From: Octopus sinensis
Lineage: Eukaryota
Length of the DNA: 64,000 nt
Direction of reading: 5' to 3'
NCBI RefSeq assembly: GCF_006345805.1
Contig: NC_043007.1
Span: forward strand, 58,032,001 to 58,096,000
Made by a program: the position numbers and the translations under genes. This document shows, one piece after another, positions 1 to 12,250 of this stretch (its first letter is position 1; each line of letters begins with the position of its first letter). Under the pieces are notes generated by a model. That model saw only the letters and a program-made list of their open reading frames with translations, did no database searches and was not told the origin of the DNA.

Positions 1-160
1 ACATAATGTAATCTAGTAGAATTGGTTTGTCAGATAAATTCATTTGTTTGTGTTTATTCTTTGTTTTATTCACACCTATTTTAACCCCTTTCAATGTTAT
101 TGAATTAACGGGAAAACTATTTTTATCGTAGTGTTTTATGGAGGGGGCGAGTGGTACACT

Positions 161-403
161 CTTTTACTCTTTTACTTGTTTCAGTCATTTGACCTTGGCC
201 ATGGTGGAGCAACGCCTTTAGTTGAGCAAATCGACCCCAGGACTTATTCTTTGTAAGCCTATTTGTAAGCTTATTCTATCGGTCTCTTTTGCCGAACCGC
301 TAAGTTACGGGGACGTAAACACACCAACATCGGTTGTCAAGCTATGTGGGGGGGGACAAACAGACACACAAACACACACACATACACACACACACACACA
401 CAT

Positions 404-438
<35 letters not shown>

Positions 439-610
439 CATATATACGACAGACTTCTTTCAGATTCCGTCTACCAAATCCATTCACAAGGCTATGGTCG
501 GCCCGAGGCTATAGTAGAATACACTTGCCCAAGGTTCCACGCTGTGAGACTGAACCCGGAACCGTGTGGTTCGTAAGCAAGCTACTTACCATACAGCCAC
601 TCCTACGCCT
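161..610 (-). mobile_element. tRNA-derived SINE, family A, near full length
   Basis: On the minus strand: head aggcgtaggagtggctgtatggtaag (A-box-like) then ggttcagtctc (B-box-like), internal (TA)/(CA) tract, tail gtaaaagagtaaaagag. The same body recurs at 1690, 4611, 9244, 16641, 35879 and 38817. Confidence 0.9.
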
Positions 611-1689
611 ATGTCTATTATTCCTCTAAAACTTTTGTTAATTGATATTGAAATTTGAAATTTATTTCACACTTCATCATCTTACGTCTTTCAAACTATA
701 TCACGACGGAGTGCAAAAAAAAAAAAACTAAGAACGAACAAATTTACCTGAGAATTCAATCAAAATGCTGACTGCTATTTTCAGCAATCAGACAACTACG
801 TGGATGGATCCTTTTAATCGATTGCCTTGTGCTTCCGCTGGAACTTACTGTTATCACCATCACCATCATTATCATCATCATCATCATCATCATTATTCTC
901 CACAATCCTCCTCTCCCCCCCACTCTGATGTACTCCTTCCTACCCCAACCTTATATACCCGACCGCCACCGTCTACCACGGTTCATTACATGTTTTATTG
1001 CCGATCAAAACTTCCGAAAGTCTGTCTTTGCTGCCCCTTTACCCACCCCTCCCCTCGACTCCCACCCCTTTCCAGCCACCCTTCCTGCCCGTTCGGACAT
1101 CAGTCAGCATCTCATTTCGGATTTCCTCAGTCAGCACCAGCCACCAACTCTTCGATGTCCGTATGGCGGATGGCGGGTGTTTGATGTTGGAATTGGGGTA
1201 GGGGTGGTCGAAGGAGGAGAGAGGCGCGCCTGTCTGTCAATAAATGTATGCATGGATGTGTGTGGGTGTGCGTACGTATGTATGTATGTATGCATGTATG
1301 TATGCATGTATGTCTGAGTCGATGTGCGTGTGCGTGTGTCGGTCTGTTTGCGTGTGTGAGTTTGTTCGCGTGTAGACGCATGAAGTAAGATTATGGAGTA
1401 CGCTTGTTCATATTGCATTATAAGCAATAAGTATGTAAGGAGTATAAGTGCTTCAATGTAAAGAGTACATGCACATACATACGCGTGTGCGCACGCGCAC
1501 ACACACACATGCGTCCGCGCTCACATACACACGCACACACACACACATACACACACATGTATGTACGTCTGTGTACGTGTGTCCGGCAATTGTTTGTGGA
1601 AAGAGTAGATGTCAACACAAGAATATGAACGTGTAAGCATACACGTGAATTTTTCAGATTAATCATCGCAAAATAACAAGTTCCTTAAT

Positions 1690-1948
1690 ATATCTTGTAC
1701 TTGCTTCAATTACTGGGTTGCGGCCATGCTGGAGCATAGCTTTCAAGGGTTATTTGGTCTAACAAATCAATTTGAGTACCTTTTTTTTAAGTCTGGTACT
1801 TATTCTATTGTTCTCTCTTATACCGAACCCATGTGTTACGGGGACGTAAACAAACCAACCAAGTGGTAGTGGAAAACAAATACAAGTAAAAAGATACACA
1901 CTCATTCACACACATATATACACACATACGCACACACATATATGCATA

Positions 1949-1985
<37 letters not shown>

Positions 1986-2096
1986 ATCACGTGACCGACC
2001 AGACCATCAGATGTTGTTACACATCGCTGGTCACAATGCTTTCACATTGCTTTAGCCTTCGAATGACGCCACCCCGCTGGCTAAGCGAGCAGGCCA

Positions 2097-2128
<32 letters not shown>

Positions 2129-2270
2129 ATATATGTATACACTCACAAAGCTTTGGTTCATCCGGGAATATAGTAGAAGACACTTCCCCAAGGTGTCATC
2201 AAGTGGGACTGAACCCGAAACCATGTGACTTGGAAACCAGCCTTCTGACCACACAGCCAAGCTTGTGCCT
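1690..2270 (-). mobile_element. Diverged SINE family A copy interrupted by a short insert in its (TA)n tract
   Basis: cggccatgctggagca...gaacc...ttacggggacgtaaac at 1720-1855 and tagtagaagacact...gtgggactgaacccgaaaccatgtg at 2170-2230 align with the 161-610 copy. Confidence 0.8.
1979..2098. repeat. Short unclassified (TA)n-flanked module with a 16-bp palindromic end
   Basis: About 120 bp of non-simple, GC-richer sequence flanked on both sides by (TA)n; starts with the perfect palindrome tcacgtgatcacgtga (1979-1994). Confidence 0.5.
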
Positions 2271-2583
2271 ATCTACAACATTTAAATGTTTCCCAAGCAC
2301 TACATATTTCACGTTCTCTCGAACTTTTTAAATTCTTCTGACATCAACAACATAATTTCCGCTAAGAATAGTTTCTAAAATGGATGGAGAAGTTCGAAAG
2401 ATTGCTTTGCTCCAGTGGTAGAGGGTCTGTCATGTTTAGGGAATATATTGGTTCGAGTCCAACTTTTAACTTTCGACTTTTAGAGTACCAAGAGATTTTT
2501 AACCCAATGTTTATATGCTGCTACTTATAACTTTATTTGCATCAATTGTCACCATTCCCCAAAAGTATATATACATACATATA

Positions 2584-2653
<70 letters not shown>

Positions 2654-2655
<2 letters not shown>

Positions 2656-3081
2656 TGAAAGTGTTGGTATGCGGAAGCACGTGGTTGGATGCATAAAAGA
2701 CAAAATAGTATCCAGTTCCACTAGTTTCCAGCTCATTATTATCTACCTTGGTCTCAGGTCCACCAAGGGGCTGATTTTCAAGAGTAAAGTCCCCCAGACC
2801 GGAATTTCTCAAACCATTAACGTACAGTGCACTCAAGCAGTCTGAGATGCATTGGTTCCACGGCGGAACACATTCATAAGCAACACGAATTCTTGATTTA
2901 TCCATGGGTTCACAAAAATTGATTTACAAGAGAAAACTTACAATATAATCAGACACCATGAAAAGTGATGAGGTAACTCTTCAATGTTGTAAATCAAAGA
3001 ATTGTCAGGATAAAACAGAGCTAATGACTGTCAAACTTGGTGCAAAAGAAAATCGGACATTTCATTCTTAATGACCTGATA
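2654..3081 (-). mobile_element. Mariner transposon 5' fragment (TIR plus transposase N-terminus, frameshifted)
   Basis: Minus-strand translation with frameshifts: MDKSRIRV..(YE)FRRGTNASQTA..TVR*WFEKFRSGDFTLENQP.G.PETKVDNNEL (mariner HTH region; ATG at 2905). Terminus TA-tcaggtc at 3081-3073. Truncated at a (TA)n array. Confidence 0.8.
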
Positions 3082-4333
3082 TGTGTGTGTGTTGTTTATA
3101 TATGTGTGTGTGTGTGTGTTATTTAGCCGCAGATCAGTTCTGTTTAAACAGATTCATAGTCAAAGGCGTTCTAGCAGTGACCATGTCGTCTCAGTTTCAA
3201 AAATAGCATACCAAACCAATACACATCAGTATTAACCGATAACTTTCTTTTTAAGTACTAAGTGACTGATTACGGAAAGGCATGCTCATGTATATGTGTG
3301 TTTGTGCATGTGTCTGTTAACATATACGAGCGAGCGTGTGTGCGTATGTCTCTATGCTTGTGTATGTTTCAGAGTTTCACATGTATAAACATTACGAGAA
3401 CACGTACAACACGCAATATGAACGACCTCGTAATACACATGTGCGTTGATATTTTAGTAATTTTAAGATCAATTTCCCCGGCTGAATATTAGTGCTTTTA
3501 ATACATTATGAGAATCGCCGACAACCACAATCACACGCACGCATACACATTCACTCTCTCTCTCTCACACACACAGAGTCACACATGCGCACGCGCACTC
3601 AAACAGTCACGCAAACACACGTACATATACACTGTAGCAAACAAAATATATGCAAATCATGCCTCTCTTTTTCTCTCGTTCCATATTGCAAGCGCGAACT
3701 GCAATGTTAGTATTAACATAAATGACAGCTTTAAGGCCTAGTAACACGTCTCGCTCTTAATTGTTTTGTCCCAGGACGTCATAAAAGACCGAGGTTAAGT
3801 TGTCAGTTGTGTATTTGCATCTTCACTAAGGATGTTTTTGTTCTTTGTTTTTGTAGTTGCCCAATCCCAGGTCAGCTCCGAGCAGCCATCATATCAATGA
3901 CAAATTCATCCGTGACTGCCTTGTCTTTGTGTGTGGTGGGAGGGAGAGAGTGATATGGGACATAATTACCGAATGCATTCGCTATTAGAGACGCAAGAAG
4001 TATTAGTTTAAAACAGCATTCTGTATATCTTACTTAGCGTGCATATACTGTTGGAAGCCACAATACTGCGATACTCATCTCGAGAAAACATCTTGTAAAG
4101 AAACATAGCACTAAAAAGCACAGAAACATATCAGTAACAGACGAAAAGCGTCCAGCAGCGGTCATGGAAATATAACATCCAGATTTCTACTTTTTGAGCG
4201 TCCTGAGTAGCAAGTGTCCTCCTGCAACCGAATGCTTGGAGAAATTTTGCCTCTACTGACAGAGGAAAAATGTTATTAACAAATCATTACTGCTACAAAT
4301 AGCTGGCAGGCCGGATTAGAATTCGTTATTATT

Positions 4334-4550
4334 AACGGCGAGCTTGCAGAATCGTTAGCACGCCGGGCAATATGTTTTGGGGCATTTCGTCTGCTGCTAC
4401 ATCCTGATTTCAAATCCCACTGAGGTCGACTTTGACTTTCATCTTTTTGGCGTCGATAAATTAAACACCAGTGAAACACTGGGGCAGATGTGATCGACTT
4501 ACTCTCTCGCCCCAAATTTCAGGCCTTGTACGTATACTAGAAAGGCTATT
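4334..4550 (+). mobile_element. tRNA-derived SINE, family B
   Basis: ggcgagcttgcagaatcgttagcacgccggg...gatttcaaatcc...gaggtcgactttgactttcatc...gtcgataaattaa, homologous to copies at 18839, 26045, 27306, 28588 and 49141. Confidence 0.85.
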
Positions 4551-4610
4551 AGCGATGAAAGCTGTATTAGTTTAAAATAGCAATTTGTATGTGGTTATAT
4601 TTCCAACCAC

Positions 4611-4998
4611 TTTTCTTTTACTTGCTTTTTACTTGTTTCAGTCATTTGCCATGCTGGGGCACTGTCCTAAAGAATTCTTAGTCGAATGAATCGACCCAAG
4701 TGCTCTTTTTTTTTTGAAGCCTAGTACTTATTCTATCGGCCTCTTTAACCGAACCACTAATTTATGCACACCAACACCGACTGTCATGTGGTAGTGGGGG
4801 ACAAACACAGACAGAAAGAAACACACACATAGATATAGATATGCATATATATATACACGACGGGCCTCTTTCTGTTTCTTCTACCAAATCCACTCACAAG
4901 GCTATAGCAGAAGACTCTTTCCCAATGTATCCTGCAGTGGGACTGAAACCGGAACCATGTGAGTGGGAAATAGTTTCTTACCACACAGCCACGCCTGT
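4611..4998 (-). mobile_element. SINE family A
   Basis: Aligns to 161-610 (tttacttgtttcagtcatt...ctaccaaatccactcacaaggc...gtgggactgaaaccggaaccatgtg...accacacagccac). Confidence 0.85.
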
Positions 4999-5516
4999 GT
5001 ATACTCTATATATTGTAGATTATGTACAGGAGATGCTTTTCCGATACGAATACCACAGTTTTCTAACTTTTTACAGTAAGTTCACGTTAAGCTATACAGA
5101 ATGTTAATTATCGAATGCATCCTTCATTTGTTTTGTTTGATTTGAGCGAGATTTGGCTCAGCAAACCCCTCGACAAAAGCATTCCAACCATGACTGCCTA
5201 ATATATCATGCCTTTTAAGAAGAAATGGTACGATTAACGAGAGATTTTTGCAATCAAGCAGAGAAACCCTCTCACTTGGTGTTTGATATAGTCGTCAAGG
5301 TTATCGTTGTCGTTGTTGCTGTCATTGTCGGTGATGTTGTTGTTGTTTTTCTTCAGCCCCATGTCAACTCTGACCAAGCAGAGCTGTAATCAAATGGCAT
5401 TCAAGCCACGACACAGTATCTTTTTTTTTATCTTTTATTTCAGATTCATTGTATCTTGAAATTCATTAACCAGTGTGTTCTTTTTACACTTGTAAATCAA
5501 GCGACCACGTAAAGCA

Positions 5517-5570
5517 GTGTTTCTCAAAGTGGGCGGTGCTGCCCCTTCAGGTGGTGGAACATTTTATATA
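5517..5570 (+). mobile_element. Possible hAT (Charlie-like) MITE terminus
   Basis: cagtgtttctcaaagtgggcggtgctgcccc resembles CAGTG(G/T)TTC(T/C)CAAA-type hAT termini. No matching opposite end found. Confidence 0.3.
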
Positions 5571-5629
5571 AGTACAGGGGACAAAGGGATAGTAGTGGTG
5601 ACTGATGTACCTGTACAGTTGTTTTAGTC

Positions 5630-6540
5630 TATGGCTGTTTTCCCTGCCGATACTTCACTAGACCTTATCGATTATACATTTATCGCCAATTCCAGTGTGC
5701 TATGGCTTAGTTTGATAGCGACTGCGCTTGTTAACCATTACCTAACTAATTCACTAATCCCGACTCTATATGCTTTGCGCATCGGAAGTGACGGGTTCAG
5801 TTTCCAACAAGCGAATACCTGCCTATGAGTTCTATCTCCATATTACTCATGGGAAGATCCCTCTCAGCCAGCCTAATAAATACCCTACTTAGATACGATC
5901 TGGATGACTCGAGGCTGTTGCTCCATATCCTTGTTAGCTCGTCCAGGAAATCCAGTAAGTCCCTGTCCGGAGAGTCGGCGCTAGGAAATGCGGGGCCCAA
6001 TTAGGTAATTATCAGTGGGGCCCTCTACTCTGCAAAAGCTGAAGATTGATGGTTTATGCTTAGGACAGTACATCAGTCCCAGTCAAAACACCTTGAAAGC
6101 TTGAAATTCCACCATTAGCTCGAGCGTGTGCGCAAGGCCCAGTTTGAACAAATCTGCCTGATTGGCTTAAAACTGGCCCAGCTTTTCATACTTTCCAACT
6201 CCCTAATTGGTGAGGCTTTTGCATTCTGATCACCTGTCGGCTACTCCCACACATTCCAGAGTGCGATTTAAAAATGTCATTTCAATTTTCCACAAGCATT
6301 CTAGAATTTTCTAAGAAATCTTCTAACACCTGGAAAAAACCCGCCACATCGCCCCTGTTGGAGCATAAAAGTCTAGTATGAAGGCATGATTTACATTCGT
6401 GATCACGTCCAACATGACCAGGTTACCTTCTGGGTCCCGGAAGACGATCCAAAGTATGAAATCCAGACATTTCTAAAATACTGTTACTCCTTCCCCTGAT
6501 CCAGGATAACGTAGAGATGTGTACACGTCGTAGCCATAGA
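5630..6540 (+). pseudogene. Highly degenerate ORF1-like remnant, possibly related to the 39165-41360 element
   Basis: Stop- and frameshift-ridden blocks PYY-MGR..IPT*IRSG*LEAV (about 5840-5920) and MIYIRDHVQHDQVTFWVPEDDPKYEIQTFLKYC (about 6387-6485). These resemble ..STY..RL..IGGLPPGIEPEWI and ..VPGDANSELDYFL of the intact element. Confidence 0.3.
5970..6181. mobile_element. Degenerate hAT (Tip100-like) MITE
   Basis: Ends gagagtcggcgctagg and ggcttaaaactggcccag resemble CAGGGCCGGC/GCCGGCCCTG TIRs; internal repeated ggggccc motifs. No TSD recognisable. Confidence 0.3.
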
Positions 6541-6880
6541 AAACCGGCACGCCATATACATTTGCGCTAGAGTAAAGTAACTTGGAAAGGTGAAATTGTG
6601 AGGTTACATTGTTTGTGTGAAAGATGGGTAATTGTGAATATGTCCCCTAGCAAAGTTTTTAATTAACTATACCTCAGATATGCACCCCCACCACACACAC
6701 ACACACACACACACGCACACACACACACACACACATTCACAACACACAGGCACAGATCTTTCGGGAAATGTCTTTTGCAAAAACTATAGATATTATACAT
6801 AGTTTTTAAGATGAGTATGTGTGGTAGTATGATGTGGCATTGTCTTATGAAAAGCTTGTCTGTTTGTTCACTTAAATAGC

Positions 6881-6958
6881 CTTCTTCTTCTTCTTCTTCT
6901 TCTTCTTCTTCTTCTTCTTCTTCTTCTTCTTCTTCTTCTTCTTCTTCTTCTTCTTCTT
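6881..6958. repeat. (CTT)n microsatellite
   Basis: Uninterrupted ctt run; source of the poly-E/K/R ORFs. Confidence 0.95.
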
Positions 6959-7549
6959 GTATACATATACATGTTTGTGTGTGTGTGCGTGTGTGCGTGT
7001 GAGTGTGCGTGTGCACGTGCGCATGTGTGTTTTTGTATGTGATCGCATTGCCATTGACCTGGTCGCAGTTCCACCGATGAAAATTTTAACACCATATAAC
7101 AAGTTATAGATGTTTAAATGAAGTTAACAGTCTTTGTGTGTTTTCGTATGGCTAACATGTCTTCCACGCTCCAATCCTATATATATATATATATATATAT
7201 AAAAGCAATAAATAGTTCCCCAAATATATCGGGAATATTTGCGTACGAAGTTTACCAAATTGATCCATGAACGTGAACACAATATTGATTTTATGTCATA
7301 TTCAGAACAACTATTATAATAATAAAATACAAAGTAATGTACGCGTGAAAATAAATCAAGGCATACATATTATAGCAAATCGTCAACTGCCTAATATAAC
7401 ACGTTTTCAGTAACGAACAAATGAAAGGTGAGAATGTGGACAGTTTAGCTATATTCCCTAGTTTTAGTTTTGTCGTTACGACCAGAGTGTATAAACGGCT
7501 AATTTTCTGATATTATTGTCTATGAGCTTGGAACGAATATAGGTATATA

Positions 7550-7587
<38 letters not shown>

Positions 7588-7660
7588 GACACACAAACAC
7601 ACGTTTATGAATTTGTGTTGCAAGGCTCTTGATGCGAATGAAATCGTGTGTTGAAACAGA

Positions 7661-8741
7661 TATTGCTGTATTTCGGGATGGTCATTTTTTTCTTGCCTTT
7701 TTCTTTTCTTTTCCTTTTTTTCTTTGCCAAATAAACTCAAGGAGCTAAACATAGAGGGGACAAACAAGGACAGACAAAGGGATTAAGTCGATTGCATCGA
7801 TCTTCACTCGTTTATTACTGTTCTTATTCTAACTCATGTCTATTGTCCGGAAATCTTTTGTCACACATCTGTGACCTCTTCAGTGACACTTTTCATTTTC
7901 GTCTGGGCTCTTGCTCCACTTACTCCATCCTGCTTTTCTATGATGCGTATACTTATGTGCGCATGCGTTTGCATTCGTGTTTGTGTGTGCGTGTGTATGT
8001 GTGTGTATGCGTGTGTGTGTGTATGCTTGTATGTGTGTCATTACAGTTAGCAGCAGTAGGGCCTTCCCCTCAGCCCCTTCCGCTCACCACGTTGTGCTGC
8101 TGCTGTCCTAGGACCCAAAAATATGGTACAGTTCCTGTATCCCTCTGTGTTTGTGTCTTTGCCCACGGTGTTGCCATCATGATAGTTGTTGTTGTTGTTG
8201 TTATTGACCATCGTTGTCATCGCCGCTGCTGCTGTCGTTGATAGTTGTGTTGTTGATACTGTTGCGGCCATCTGTGAAGTTATTGTGTGTGTATTTGTGT
8301 ATATGGGTTCGCTTTTATGTTGTTTGTATCCATGCCCTTTATATAGATTTATTTATTTATTTTTAAAATTTTCTTATCTATCTCTATTCCTTATATTTAT
8401 CACAGGTATGTGACAAATATATTTATTTATTTTTTATTTATCTCTCTTTATTTCTTATATGTATCACAGATATTTGCATATATGTCTATTGTGTGTGAAT
8501 TACTCTGTTTGTGTCATTGTTTTATTTATTATCATTTCCTCCCTCATCTCCTCTCTTTTGTTTCTAGTCATGGGGTGTGGTGGGGAGTGATATTGTTCCA
8601 TTTGTGTTTTTTATTCAGGCTCGGACTGTCTACTGCTATGTGTGTAGTCTCTGTGATCTAAGTGTCGTGACAGTTTTATGCGTCGATAATACTTAAACAT
8701 CTGGCAAAAAAAAAAAAATGACCATCCCGAAATACAACAAT
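7661..8741. mobile_element. Pair of inverted termini about 1.08 kb apart (MITE-like or non-autonomous DNA element)
   Basis: 7661-7697 tattgctgtatttcgggatggtcatttttttcttgcc is the near reverse complement of 8703-8741 ggcaaaaaaaaaaaaatgaccatcccgaaatacaacaat. Confidence 0.45.
7738..7800 (-). mobile_element. SINE family B 3' fragment
   Basis: gctaaacatagaggggacaaacaaggacagacaaagggattaagtcgattgcatcga matches 27152-27209. Confidence 0.8.
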
Positions 8742-8742
8742 G

Positions 8743-8774
<32 letters not shown>

Positions 8775-8841
8775 TGTATGTATGTATGTATGTATGTTTA
8801 TACATGTATATATATATATACATGAATATATAAATACATAA

Positions 8842-8874
<33 letters not shown>

Positions 8875-9131
8875 TGTATACATGAATCTATATATATATA
8901 TATATATTATTGAAGTAGATAAATGAATTATCTTATTACGGATAATTCAAATGATAACCGATATATACAATTTAAAACACATTTTGACGTCTATATCTAG
9001 CATATTGACTGTCCACTTTTAGTGGTCAGTCCTTTAAATTTTGTATGTAAAAATATTTTAATCTTCGGATTTTTTTTTAATATGCTAGGCCACTGGTTTT
9101 AATGGATTAATATCAATTTCTACCCTTATTC

Positions 9132-9171
<40 letters not shown>

Positions 9172-9205
9172 TATATATATAGATATATATATATATATAT
9201 GTATG

Positions 9206-9243
<38 letters not shown>

Positions 9244-9246
<3 letters not shown>

Positions 9247-9610
9247 TCTTTTATACTTTATTTGTTTCAGTCATACTGGAGCACCGCCTTAGTCGAGCAA
9301 ATCGACCCCATGACTTATTCTTTGGCAGCCTAGTATTTATTCTATCGGTTTTTTTGCCGAACCGCTAGTTAGGGTGACGTAAACACACCATCATCAGTTG
9401 TCAAGCGATGGGGGGGAGGACAAACACATACACATATACACACACACATATACAACGGGCTTCTTTCAGTTTCCATCTACCAAATCTACTCACTTTGGTC
9501 GGGCCGTGGCCATAGTAGAAGACATTTGCCCAAGGTGGATCACAGTGGGACTGTAGCCAGAACCATGTGGATGGTAAGCAAGCTACTTACCACACAGCCA
9601 CTCCTGCGCT

Positions 9611-9611
<1 letters not shown>
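9244..9611 (-). mobile_element. SINE family A
   Basis: Colinear with 161-610, including the head ttaccacacagccactcctgcgc. Confidence 0.9.
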
Positions 9612-9644
<33 letters not shown>

Positions 9645-10065
9645 GTGTAGGAAGAAATGGATATATATTCTTTTATGTACATATATGTATATGTATGTAT
9701 GTATGAATATATACACGTTTTTATGACCGAGGAATTTTAAAGCTTATATACATATATTGTTTTAATATGTGCCTTTATGATTCATAACACATATACAATA
9801 TATAAACATATGCACGCAGACGCACATACATAAATGTACATAATTTATCAACGATATTATGATATTAGTACATATTTCATTGACGTACGTAGGGTAAAGC
9901 AGTCAGTTCAAACCCACCGGTATTTTGATGGATTCAGAATCTCAAATGAATACATCATGCTACTAAATAGTCATATGAAATAACCTCCTATTATAGGACA
10001 GTTCAAAGCCAAATACAGCCCCTAAAACATCATATTTATATACATACATGTGTGTGTAGATATAT

Positions 10066-10087
10066 ACAGACAGACAGACAGACAGAC

Positions 10088-10168
<81 letters not shown>

Positions 10169-10190
10169 TAGATAGATAGATATTGATAGA
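10066..10190. repeat. (GACA)n(GATA)n compound tetranucleotide microsatellite
   Basis: Visible directly. Similar GATA arrays at 21194, 23400, 30405, 41440, 42300, 55600 and 61720. Confidence 0.95.
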
Positions 10191-10443
10191 TACATACGTG
10201 TGTGTGTATGTACTGCTTATAATGTATTTTCTATTCTATATAGCATCAATGAATACAAAATATAGGCATACGGACACGCGCATACGCATATATATATATA
10301 TATATATATTCACACACACATACGCACATATATATGTATGTATATGTGAATGCTGGTGTATTTTTGTATATATATATATCAATTATTTTACCTTCTATAC
10401 ATATTCATATATCCTCACTGCTAGTTTTATATACACATTTAGA

Positions 10444-10770
10444 GGGAGCACTCCGTCGGTTACGACGACGAGGGTCCCAGCTGATACGATCGACGAAACA
10501 CTTTGCTCGTGAAATTAACGTGTAAGTGACTGAGCACTCCACAGACATACGTGCACCCTTAACGTAGTTCTCAGGGTGACTCAGCGTGACACAGAGTCTG
10601 ACAAGGCTGACCCTTTGGAATACAGGTACTGCTCATTTTTGCCAGCTGAGAGGACTGGAGAAACGTGAAATAAAGTGTCTTGCTCAAGAACACAACGCGT
10701 CGCCAGGAATTGAACTCGTGACCTTACGATCATGAGCCGAATGCCCTAACCACTAAGCCACGCACCTTCA
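10444..10770 (-). mobile_element. tRNA-derived SINE, family C
   Basis: Minus strand: gtggcttagtggttaggg (A box), gagttcaattcc (B box), then tgtgttcttgagcaagacactttatttcacg core shared with 48710, 55983 and 63740. Confidence 0.85.
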
Positions 10771-10930
10771 TATTATTATATACACATAATCTATATGAAT
10801 GTAAATTATTACGTGTGAATGTATGTGAGCCAGTAGACATACATGCATAGCATATTTATAAACATATGTAATGTATGTATATATACATATATGCTTACAT
10901 ACACATGCACACACATATTAATATATATAT

Positions 10931-10979
<49 letters not shown>

Positions 10980-11735
10980 GTCTGTGTGTGTAATACAAAC
11001 ATATGTGAATACGTACACACTCACATGCACTTTCATGCATACACATGTGCATACATACATGTAAGCATAAACACATTCATATACACACATACAAATAAGA
11101 ATACATACACACATATATACTTACATACATACATCCGTACATACATACACACACACGCACACACACAGACACACACACACACACACACACACATACACAT
11201 ATATATTCATCACACTTTATGGCAGCATTTCCCTTAAAAGCGAAAAGACTCATAGGTGGACGGGCGGAATGATCAAGTCTTTGAATCCAGCTATAGAAAA
11301 CCAATTAACACCCAATGACAGCATACTCCTCTATGCCACTTTGCCTGATGGTTCTGCCAATAGAACCTATAAAGTTTGCCGTCAGGTGGCGCTCTACCAG
11401 CTAATTTGTTTTTCTTGTTTGGATTTTGCACTTTTTTTTTGTTAATATATTTTCTTCTTATTTTGTCAGTGTTTATTTCTATTTGGAATTGCTTTATATA
11501 TTTATTTACATCTCGTATTCTTTTTTTATGATTTGTTATATGTCTGCTTCACATAAGAAGATGTAATTGTTGATGTTCTCGTTGTTGTTGTCGATGCTTC
11601 TGTTGCATTTTCTTGACGTGGTCGTCGTCGTTGTTGTTGATGTTGTTGTTGTTGCTGCTGCTGCTGCTGCTTCTATTGTTGTTGTTTTCGTAGATGCTGC
11701 TCTTGCTTTTGTTGCTGCTCTTACTTTTGAATGGC

Positions 11736-11769
<34 letters not shown>

Positions 11770-12202
11770 TGTGTGATCGTGTGTCTGCTTGTGTGCGTGA
11801 GTATGGAGTGGATTTAAGTATTAAACAGTTAAGAGCGTAAAAGTGAGGGACAGAGATAGAAGCTGAGAACAGAGAAAGAAAGAACGACACTGAGTAACAA
11901 AGATGGACAGAGAGAAGACAGAAAAAAATTAATTTGCGAGAATGAGAGTGAGCAAAACAGAGAAAAGGAGTATGAGAAAAACTGTGAATAGAAAATGGAG
12001 GAGACGACAGATAAATAATTATTGAAGGACTCTAAAGACGAGACAACGGTGATGGGACTGAACACGCTGCATAAAAATGGCTGCAGTACGTTGAAGATCA
12101 GATGAATAGTTAACAACTTGGAAACAGACAGAGAGAGAGAGGGGGTAGGGGGAGAGGGGGAGAGAGAGAACGAAAAACAACACACACATTCACATATGTA
12201 TG

Positions 12203-12250
<48 letters not shown>

